Part shown: piece after piece, positions 6,323-17,600 of the stretch
Layout: each line of letters opens with the position of its first letter
How positions within the stretch are numbered: the first letter of the stretch is position 1
IMG/VR virus record: IMGVR_UViG_3300025687_000060
Coordinates: 1-52,685 of that record
Reading direction: 5' to 3' (one strand)
From: a virus
Taxonomy: Duplodnaviria; Caudoviricetes
DNA: 52,685 nucleotides
Program-made: the position numbers and the translations under genes
Notes under the pieces: generated by a model
Database searches by the model: none
What the model was told of the DNA's origin: nothing
Seen by the model: the letters and a program-made list of their open reading frames with translations, nothing else

Positions 6323-6724
6323 ATGGCTGTATCAATTTCTCGTGCTTTTAGGGACATTAGTTTGTCTTTTACGAGACATCCTGTCACAAATGATATCACT
6401 ATTCTCAGAAATGAGGATGCAATTAAGAAATCTGTCATTAATTTGGCGAGAACTCGTCTGAATGAGAGATTTTTTAATGATTTGCTTGGTACATCCATTG
6501 AAGATTCAATGTTTGAGTTGAATAATTCAGACATTTCTTCATTTTTAGAAGAGGAAATCACGACTTTACTCAATAATTTTGAACCAAGAATCAAATTGAC
6601 CAATGTTTACATTGATTCTCAACCAGATTCTAACGATTTGTACATCAGAATTGAGTATGATATCACTGGATTACCTTTTCCAACGCAGAATATAGAGTTT
6701 ATCTTACAACCGACTAGGGTATAA
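6323..6724 (+). CDS. gp25: baseplate wedge subunit gp25
   Basis: DISLSF..HP.T.D, AIK.S..N, ERFF, FEPRI motifs; precedes gp6. Confidence 0.92.
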   Translation: MAVSISRAFRDISLSFTRHPVTNDITILRNEDAIKKSVINLARTRLNERFFNDLLGTSIEDSMFELNNSDISSFLEEEITTLLNNFEPRIKLTNVYIDSQPDSNDLYIRIEYDITGLPFPTQNIEFILQPTRV

Positions 6725-8682
6725 TGTCATTCAATCAGTTCACAAATCTAGATTTTAATGATCTAAGGACTCAGATTAAGTCTTATCTGAGGGCCAATAG
6801 CAATTTTACTGATTTTGACTTTGAGGGATCAAACTTTTCGGTCCTGATTGATACTTTAGCGTATAATTCATACATCACCGCCTACAATACTAACATGGCG
6901 GTGAATGAATCTTTCATTGATAGTGCTACTTTACGTGAAAATGTCGTTTCTTTGGCGAGAAACATTGGTTATGTTCCAAGATCGAAGAAGGCATCCGTTG
7001 CAAGAATCAGTTTTTCCGTTGATGTAAGTAATACTTCTGCCAGATCAGTTAAATTAAAGGCAGGACTTGTTGCTTTGGGGTCAGTTGTCAATGGAAATTA
7101 CATCTTTTCGATTCCAGATGATATCACAGTCACTCCAGACACCGATGGAATTGCTTCTTTTAGTGATATTGAGATATACGAAGGTAATTTATTGAGAAAG
7201 TCATTTACAATTGACGATTCTCAACCAGATTCAAAATATATTCTTCCAAATTCAGATATCGACACGTCCACAATTCGTGTTTCTGTGACATCTACAGCAG
7301 TTGAGACTTATTATACATATAAAAATATTTTTGATGTAGATTCATCATCAAGACTTTTCTTGATTCAAGAAATTGATGATGAAAGGTACCAAATTTTGTT
7401 TGGTGACAATATTATGGGCAAGAAACCCAGTAATGGAAGCACTGTAGATGTATCATATATCGTCACCAACGGTGAATCTGCAAATGGAGCATCGAATTTC
7501 AACTTCTCTGGCAATCTTGTTTACTATAGAGGTGGAACTGAGGTACCAATTACGTCTGGGATATCTGTTTTAACGACCCTACAAGCGTCTGAAAATGGCG
7601 ATGACATAGAAACTATAGACAGCATCAAATACCTCGCTCCAAGGGTCTATGCATCGCAGTACAGAGCAGTTACATCGAATGATTATACAAGTCTAATTCC
7701 ATTTTTATATCCAAATATCGATTCTGTGAGTGCATATGGTGGGGAAGAACTTGATCCCCCACAATATGGAAAGGTTTTCATTACAGTTAAACCAAAAAAT
7801 GGAGAACTTCTGTCTGATATAACGAAACAAGCAATCAAAAATGATCTGAAAAAATATACAGTTGCTGGTATTAGACAAGAATTTTTAGATCTGAAGTATC
7901 TTTACGTTGAGTATGATTCAACTGTATCATACGATCCAGGTCGAGTCAATAATTCTCAGGATTTGCATTCTAGAATTTCTGCAGCAATTGAGTCATACTC
8001 TGATTCAGTGGATATTAATTCATTTGGTGGAAGATTTAAATATAGTAAACTTTTATCGCAGATTGATAAAGTTGATTCTGCCATCACATCAAATATCACA
8101 AAAGTTGTAATGAGAAGGAATATGGTTCCTGCATACAACTCTCTTGCAAACTATGAAATTTGCTATGGAAACCAGTTCCATGCAGATCCAGAAGGTTTTA
8201 ATATTAGATCTTCTGCTTTTAGGATTGATGGGGTTGAGGGAGATGTATATCTCACTGATGTACCAAATCTCACAACCACATCACAATCAGTATCCACCGT
8301 TAGTGATGCTGGAAATGTTTTTTCGTCTAGACCGACAAGCATTTCCGCAAAAACTGGATTAATTTCCATAATCAGTGTCGATTCTACTAATACTATTAGA
8401 ACAATTATAAAAAATGCGGGAGCAGTTGATTATGAAAGAGGAGAAATAACATTAACTCCTATTAACATTATTTCTACTTCACTCAATAATCGCATTGAAA
8501 TAGAAGTTACTCCAGAATCAAATGATATTGTCGCAAAAGAGAACCTTTATATTGTCCTAGATACTACAGGAAATAGTATACTAACCCTTAAGCAAGATTT
8601 GATTTCCTCTGGATCTAATAGATCTGGTACTTCATACATACCACCATCAAGTTTCATCAATAACAAAAAATACACAAGATAA
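6724..8682 (+). CDS. gp6: baseplate wedge subunit gp6
   Basis: FTDFDFEGSN, DSATLRENVVSLAR.IGY.P.S, Q.RAVT..DY motifs. Confidence 0.95.
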   Translation: MSFNQFTNLDFNDLRTQIKSYLRANSNFTDFDFEGSNFSVLIDTLAYNSYITAYNTNMAVNESFIDSATLRENVVSLARNIGYVPRSKKASVARISFSVDVSNTSARSVKLKAGLVALGSVVNGNYIFSIPDDITVTPDTDGIASFSDIEIYEGNLLRKSFTIDDSQPDSKYILPNSDIDTSTIRVSVTSTAVETYYTYKNIFDVDSSSRLFLIQEIDDERYQILFGDNIMGKKPSNGSTVDVSYIVTNGESANGASNFNFSGNLVYYRGGTEVPITSGISVLTTLQASENGDDIETIDSIKYLAPRVYASQYRAVTSNDYTSLIPFLYPNIDSVSAYGGEELDPPQYGKVFITVKPKNGELLSDITKQAIKNDLKKYTVAGIRQEFLDLKYLYVEYDSTVSYDPGRVNNSQDLHSRISAAIESYSDSVDINSFGGRFKYSKLLSQIDKVDSAITSNITKVVMRRNMVPAYNSLANYEICYGNQFHADPEGFNIRSSAFRIDGVEGDVYLTDVPNLTTTSQSVSTVSDAGNVFSSRPTSISAKTGLISIISVDSTNTIRTIIKNAGAVDYERGEITLTPINIISTSLNNRIEIEVTPESNDIVAKENLYIVLDTTGNSILTLKQDLISSGSNRSGTSYIPPSSFINNKKYTR

Positions 8683-8685
8683 GAA

Positions 8686-11600
8686 ATGGCAGATAAAAAA
8701 GTAAGTATCTCTAATATTCTGGGCAGTCAGATCCCAGATTTTATTCAGAGCGAAAGTCCTCTGTTCAAAGAATTTTTAGAGCAATACTATGCTTCCGAAG
8801 AGCATGAGTATGGTACAACTTATCTTGCCGATAATCTTGATGATCTGAAAGATATCTCAAAACTATCTGGTGTAATATATGCTGCTGTTCCAGTAGTATT
8901 AACTGAAGATGCCTACCACCTTGATGAAGTTATCAATGTTAATACTACTGAGGGTTTTCCAGATACCTATGGTTTAATTAAAATTGATAATGAAATTATT
9001 ACATACACTGGAAAGACATTAACTTCATTTACTGGTTGTGTTCGTGGTTTTAGTGGTATATCTAAGATTGAAAGTAGCAATAATCCAGAGTTTTTAACCT
9101 TTAGTGATACCGAAATTGATTATCATTATTCTGGAACTTCAGTTGAAAATCTCAGTCTTTTATTTGTAGAGAAATTTTACAATAAATTTAAATATCAGTT
9201 TTTGCCAGGACTTGAAAATAGAAATTTTGAGAACTTATCTTTTGAAAATATTCTCTCTAGAGCAAAAGATTTTTACAGTTCAAAAGGAACTGATACAGCA
9301 GTAAAAATTCTCTTCAACGTTCTATTTGCAAAAAATGCAACTGTAATTAGACCATTTGATAATACCATTGTATCTTCGGATGCATATTGGTCAAAGTTCC
9401 CATCATTAACAGTAGAAACAATTGAAGGAAATCCAAAAAATTTAGAGTCTACAACTATTTTTCAAGGTTCGACAGAATCACCAACTGCAACTGCGGTAGT
9501 ATCTAGGGTTGAGGAAAAATTTGTAGGAACAAAGAGATATTATAGATTATTCGTTTCACAGGGAACTTTATCGAATAAATTTAATGTATCAAAGAAAACC
9601 AAGGTACTAGGTACAACTAATTCTACATCTGTAGTTACTGTCGATTCTACTGTAGGATTCCCAGATTCAGGTATTTTTTATTATCAAACTTCTGAGGGAA
9701 ATTATGCCTCTGTAGAATATCAGTCGAAATCATATAATCAATTTTTTGGTTGCTCTGGTTTATCTGATCCATTAGAGGAAAGCACAGAAATCATTGATGA
9801 TAATTTCATATATGGAAATGAAAATTTTGATTTGACCCAAATTTGTCAAATGAGAATTATTGGATCAATTCAAGGTCTTTCCGAAAATAGCAAAAATTCT
9901 CAGTATTTCAAAAAAGGAGATTTAATAAGTTTAAAATATTTTGGAGAAAAACCTTCACTAGAGAATAAAAAATACAATAGTTGGTTTTATAACAATGTTT
10001 ATGAACTTGACATAGAAAATTTAGATATATCCACAAGTACTGTCACAACAAGCGCAAAACATTTCTTACATGTTGGTGATGTCGTAGATATTTTAATTAA
10101 AGATACAAAACAAGTTGCTGCTAGTGACCTAGAAGTTACTAGCATACTTAGCAAAAATGCATTTAAAATTCAATCTGGATCTTTCCAATCTGGAGTAAAG
10201 TATATTGCTAAGAAGAAATTATTATATTCTAATTCAAACTTAATAGATACACCGCTCTTAGCAAATATTCAAAATTCTTTTTCGGATTTAGAAGAAAATA
10301 TATACGTATCTTTTTCTGGTCTACCTTCATATAGTAGCATAGAAACGTCTGATAGATCCAAGACTTTTAGGTTCAGTGATGTTGATACTAGCACTGGAAT
10401 AGTTACAATTAATCAACATCAATTTTTAAATGGAGATAGAGTTTATTTCGAAGTAACTTCTGGGTCCAATTATGTTACTGATGGATTCTATTACATAAAA
10501 AAAATTACAGTAAACACTTTTAAATTATCTTCAAGTTTACCTTCAATTTATAGTAACTTTAGTGTAGATTTTAGTGGAATTTCAAGTGTAGATGAATTTA
10601 AAATAACTCCATTTTCATTATATCAAAAAGTTTTACAAAATCAAAATCATTTAAAGAGAATACTAAAGAATCCAAGAGCAAAAAAAGAAGATAGAATTAT
10701 TTCCGATGAAATTGGAACTTTGCTAAATGGCATAGAGTTAAAATCTCCAGTTTCATCAGATTCCTATTTCTATGGTCAAATTGAAAGTATAAACATTATA
10801 GACGATGGAAATGATTTTGATGTTTTAAATCCTCCAGATATTCAAATCATAGATGATTCTGGATCTGGGGCAAATGCCCATTTAAATCTAGATGGAGAAC
10901 TTGTAGATGTTGTTTTGACATCTGGTGGATTCAATTATGCAGAAAATCCAGTTGTAAAAGTTATTGGAGGTAACGGATCTGGAGCAGTTTGCGAATCTAA
11001 ACTGAGAGGTTATTATCATCAAGAATCATTTACAGATTTTCAAGTTAATCTCGTTACAAATATAATTGAGTTACCAGAACCTCATAAGTTTTTAGACGGG
11101 GAAGAGGTCGTATATTTAAATACTGGAAATTCTATTGGAATTGGAAGTACTAATGTTGGATTTAGTACAGATAGACTTTCCAAAAATAGTTTGTATTACA
11201 TTGCAAAACAAAGTGACACTTCATTCTCTTTGGCAGCAACAAAAGACAGAGCATTATCGAAAACAAAATTAATAGACTTGAATGCATATGGAAATGGAGA
11301 CCATACATTAAAATCAAGAGAACTCAGAAAAATAATTGATAGAATTTCTGTAATAAATCCTGGAGAAGGATACAAAAATACTAAAATAGAAGTAGATTCC
11401 CAGTCATATCCACAATCTAATAGAAAAAATCTTTTCACACAGTTTGTTGGTATAAACACTCATGATAATTACATTTATGCGAGAAATCATAATTTTAGAA
11501 GTGGCGATCAGGTAGTTTATTCTATTTCTTCTGGTGGTTCAGCAATCTCTGGATTATCTACTTCAAATTACTACATTGTGACTGTAATAGATGACCATAA

Positions 11601-14600
11601 GTTCAAATTAAGTGAAGCAGGAACTGCCTCCAGTATAACTAGTGTCAACTATGATAGAAAAATATATTCTGAAATAAATGATATTGGTTCTGGAAGTCAT
11701 ACTTTTAAGTATCCAGAAATTCAAGTTTCAATTGATGGATTAGTGTCCCTTGGATCTACTACAGTAATTCCATCTTATTATCAAGCAAGCGCATATCCAG
11801 TTGTAAGAGGAAGCATAGATAGCGTTTTCATTAAATCTGGAGGAATTGGTTACGGAGTTACTGATATTATCAATTATTCAAGAACACCCGCAATAAAAAT
11901 TCTCACAGGTAAAGAAGCAGATTTAAGAGCAGTTGTTGATTCTACTGGAAAATTAAGCAGCATTTATATATCAAATGGTGGATCAGAGTACACTACTCCA
12001 CCAACCCTTGTTGTAGAAGGATCTGGTATTTCTGCTTCTCTTAGAGCAAATATATCAAATGGAGTTATTACATCTGTTGATATTTTAGATGCAGGTAAAA
12101 AATATAAACAAAATGACACAAAGATCAGAGTAATTCCAACTGGATCTAATGGAAGATTGGGAGCAGAATTACATGAGTGGAAAATTAATGATGTAAAAAG
12201 ATATCAAAATATATTATCCGATCTGAATGTTCATACTATCCAGAAAAAAGCACCTATTCCTTCTTTGGGATCAAAATTAGTTTCATTTTATCCTGCAAGA
12301 TTTTATCGTTCATTACTAAATGACAATGTTGTAGATACCCAAAGTGGATATATTGAAGCAACTAGCAATTTGAATCATTCTCCTATAATTGGGTGGGCGT
12401 ATGACGGAAATCCAATTTATGGACCATATGGAAATGGTAAAGCAATTCCAGATGCTTCGGGAACTGGTGGAATTAAGAAAATTTATTCAAGTTATTCGAT
12501 AGATCAAGTAATTACACCTGGATTAAGACCTCCAGTTCCTGCTGGAGATTTGGTACAGGATTATTTGTATGACTCTAGTGGAGACCTTGATGAATACAAT
12601 GGAAGATATATCGTTAACTCTGATTTTCCAAATGGAACATATGCATATTTCTGCACGTTAGATGTGTCGGATAATTTTGCATATCCATATACTACATTCA
12701 TGCATAGAAATGAGTCTGATGGATTTAATTATGACTTAACAAAAAATCAATTAGATGCAACTATTAATGATGGAAACTACAAGAGAAATGTATCTCATTT
12801 GGGAATAAATGATGTCTTCAGAAATTATCCATTTGTATCGCCTGCCGTAGAATCTAATCCAGAAGTAGAAGTAACTTACTCAAAACCTTCTGGAATTACC
12901 TCTCTTGATATTGTTGATCCTGGTTCTTCCTATAAAGTTGGTGATTTGATTAATTTCAATACACCAGAAATTAGTGCTTCTGTTAAGGAAATCAAAGGAA
13001 AGGGGATATATTCGATTCAGAGCACAGATTATACCTATGAAAATGTAGTATTTTCAATAAATGGAAATAAAGTTACTGGAATAACTACATCTTCTAATAA
13101 TTTTATTGATGGTGATCGTCTGGAAATATCTGGAATTTCTTCTTCATTGTATATAGATTTAGAAGGGATTAAAAAAGTAGGTGTAAGTACAGTTGAAAGC
13201 TTACTATCCGTCTCGCTTGGAACTACATCAATAACTGGTATAAACACACATTTAACTCTTACAGAATCACCAAGAAGTAGAAAGTTCAGGAAAAATGATC
13301 TGATCCAAATTGGATCAGAATTGATTTTGATTACCGATTTAGACCTTGTTAATAATAGGTATAAGGTCCTTAGAGAACAAAATGGTTCAACAAGTTCAAG
13401 TCATACCGAAAATACACAGGTAACAAAAATACAAAAAGAATTTTCATTTGAAATTGATAAAAAACTACAAAATAAAAACGTAGAGACAGGATACATACAG
13501 TATTTTAATTCATTGCAGTCTGTTGGTATTGGAACTTCATACTCTTCTGTAACTGTTGGTTTTGCTGGAAGTACACAAATTGTAAAATCAATTCCACCAA
13601 GAGCAATATATCTAAATGATCACAAATTCGAAACTGGGGATGAACTGAGATATGTATCATATGGTGGATCTATTACTGCTTCAGCAACAAATTCTTTAAG
13701 TGATACATTTAGGTTAGATGAGTTTGATAAGTTATATTGTGTCAAAATTAATGATGAGTATATTGGAGTATCAACACAAAAAGTAGGATTCACAACAAAC
13801 TATGTTTATTTTGATGCTGCAACTGATACTTCTCATAGTTTTGAAGTAATTAAAACTAATTTGACTGGAATAGTCAAAAAGAAATTAATAACAGTAACAT
13901 TAAACGAACAGCATTCACTTAAAAATAATGATGAAATAAGTCTTAGAGTTACCCCTAAGAGAACCCAAAATTATAATTTTATTTTCAATGATTCTGCTAG
14001 GAAGTTAGTAGTAAATTCAGTTTCATTTGCATCAACGTATATTTCTGTTGGTTCTACAGATTCATCAATTTTCATAGAAAATCATGGACTCGAAACTGGA
14101 GATTTAGTGGTATATACTAATAATATTGGTATTGCGACTCCATTGCAGAACAATGAAACATATTATGTTATAAAAATTTCTGATAGTAGAATAAAGTTAG
14201 CAAAAAATTCATATGATTATAAAAAATACCCATACTCTTATATCGGCATCACGACCTTTGGATCTGGTTTACATGAAATTTCAAAAGTCAATCCAAAATT
14301 AGAATTCTATAAGGGAAATACAGTATCAATTGGAGTTTCCGATGTCAGTTTAATAGACTATGATGTAAACTTCTATTTGGATGATAAATTCAAAGCAAGA
14401 TATAATTCTAGTTTGATTACAAAAACTGGAGTGTTTGGTGACTTAAATCCAAATACTAAAATTAATATTAATGTTACTGATGATCTACCAAAAACTTTAT
14501 TTTACAGATTGGAAGGAAAAAATAATAATTACACCAATACTTTCCCATCTTCAATTAACGCAGAAGTAAATGAAAATTCAACTATAAAAGTTTTAGATTC

Positions 14601-17600
14601 AAAATATAATAATTCTCATATTATTTCTGGAATTGGTAGTACAACATTTGATTTTAATTTTGTTGGATTTGCAGAAACTACATCTTATACATCTTCCAAT
14701 GTTAATGATGTATTTTACTATACAAAATCAACAAATGATAGTGGTCCAATTTATTCGACAAAAATTATCGAATACGGAAGAAATGTTGCTGAATTCCCAT
14801 TTGTAACTTCGATTGGTTCTACTAGTGGTTCTGATGCGAGTATTTCTGCAAATAGTTTTGATATTGGAAGAATAGTTGACACTAAAGTCAATAATCAAGG
14901 ATATGAATTTGTAGAGGATAAAACATTAACACCAAAAGCAAACTCAAATACAGTTCTTTTCCTGAAAAATGCTTTAACCTTATCTGGAGTAAATGTAACA
15001 GATGGTGGAAGTAATTATACATCTCCACCAAATATAACTGCAGTTGGAAATGATTCGATACTTGCCATTTCAAAACTTCAAGGCAACTCTGTATTATCTG
15101 CTGAGGTTATTTTTGGTGATAGTAATTTGTCTCCAGATTTGAGACTATTCCCAACAAATAACTCCAATGGGGTAACCGTTATTGGTTCTTCATCTGCTTT
15201 TGGAGAAAATACTTTAACTCTTAGAGCACCAATTTTGGGATTCACTGTATTCCCATTTGAAGAAGGTGATGAAATTTTTGTAGAAAACGTCAAAATTATT
15301 GACGGTTCTGGAAGTGGATATAATTCTGCTGATTATGACTATCAAAAATTAGTTGTAACGGGAATTAACACGATTAGTGGATCAGAGAGTGTAACTTATG
15401 CAATACCTGGAGTTGGTGCTACGACTGGAGGTTCCTATGATTCATCTAATACTTTTGGAAGAGTGGTAAAATATGACAATTTATGCGAACTTAGTCCCAT
15501 CTTAGATAAAGTTTTATACTTAGAGGGGGAGAAAGTACAATCTACCAATGGCGATGCATATGGATTTGTAGCGAAAAATGGTTGGAATCCAGACAATCAA
15601 ACTTTAAAACTTATTAACGTTTCTGGGCAATTTGATCAAAATGATATAATATCTGGAAATATTAATGGTTACAAATCTACTGTTTCTAGTACAGTAGAGT
15701 ATGATTTTGATTTAAAAGTTGGAAGTGTAGTAGAGACAGAAGGACAATGGCAAACTGATACTGGAAAACTAAATTTAGATACTCAAAGATTGCATGACAG
15801 TGACTATTATCAGAGATTTTCATATTCAATAAAAGGTGAAGTTCCATATGAAACCTGGTCAGAACCAGTTGATAGTTTGTGTCACACTTCTGGTTTCAAA
15901 AAGTTTTCAAATTTAGAAATTAATAATGGAATAGGAAATTCAGTAAGAACATCAATCAATGATACTACAATCAATTTAGATATTCTGGTTGATAGTTCTG
16001 CATCCGTACATTCTATTACTCATTATGATTTGGTTTCGGAAGATACAGATGATCCAGGTCTATCTAAACTTGTAAAGTTAGATTCTAAAATTATTACAGA
16101 TTATATTGAATCCAGAACGAATAAAGTTTTAATGATCGATGATCTTAGTTCAGATTTTACTGGATACACAACTTCTATCGGCGGACAAATTGTAGGACTA
16201 ACAACATTTGCAATTTATAGTGATGAAATTAGTTTATTGTATCATACTTTCGATCCAGATGATACATTAAATTCAATTATCACTATTAATTCTCACAATT
16301 TTATCACTGGAGAGGAACTGAAATATTCACCAACAAATAACGATTTGAATAGTGGAACAGCAATAGGAATTGCTACTACAAGTTCCCTTGGTATTGGGGT
16401 AGGATCGACAGATTTGCTTCCAGAAACAGTATATGCTATCAAACTATCAGAAAGTCAAATCAAACTTGCTATAGGGTCATCAGAAGCGTTAGCAGGAACT
16501 GCTATATCATTTACTAGCGTCACTGGTATTGGATCTACTCATAGTTTAGAAGTTAGTAGCGATTTAGCAAACACTAGAAGTTTGATAACAATTGATAATG
16601 TTATCCAAAGTCCAGTTTCCAGAAAAGATATTCAGGTTTCCCTTTCCGATGCCGTGGGAATTGGTTCTACAATTGTATATTTGAATGATATATCTAAGAT
16701 AACAGGAAACTCTTTGTTAAAAATTGAAGATGAAATCATAAAGGTCACCTTTGTTGGTATTGGATCAACAAACTCTTTGAATATTATTAGAGGTCAAATG
16801 GGAACTGTTGCTGCTGCACACACCATAGGTGCTGGAGTAACGGTCCTTTCTGGAGATTATAATATTGCACATGGAAATTTATATTTCAAAGATGCTCCTT
16901 ATGGAAATAGTGATAACAGATCAACTTTCTCGGGAAGAATATTCTATAAACTAAATTATGATACCAATTTAATTATTGATGACATTTCAGAGTCATTTGA
17001 TGGTGCAACTGATAAATTCGATTTGACTTCAAACTCACAACAAATCAGTGGAATTCAAACTAGTTTTGGAGTTATTCTGATCAATAACATATTCCAAAAA
17101 CCATTCTATGGTGATGTTGGTTCTATTTTAAATTCTGATTATCAAATTGTTGGAACAGGACAAACCATAGATTTCACTGGAACGACAGTTGAGGATCTCC
17201 CAAGAGGTGGAATTATTAATGAATTTGATGTTGGTATCGGAAGTGGGTATCAAGTACCAAGAAGAGCACTAGCAACAGCAGTTATTTCTGCTAGTGGTAC
17301 AATTCAATCAATTGGTCTTTCTACTGGTGGTTCTGGTTATATTGATGCTCCTAGAGTTTCAATAGCAGATACACTTGGTGTTGGGATTGGTGCTTCAATT
17401 ATTGCATCTGTAACTGCTGGACTAGTCACTTCATTTACAATTGCAGCTGCTGGAAGCGGTTATACAAGTACAAACCCACCTCTAGTTGTAATTGATGAAC
17501 CAAATCCATACAAAGACATTCCACTTTCTGGTGGACAAGGATCTGGAGCAAAAATGGATGTTGTTGTTGGAACTGGAGGGAGTATAATAACATTTGATAT

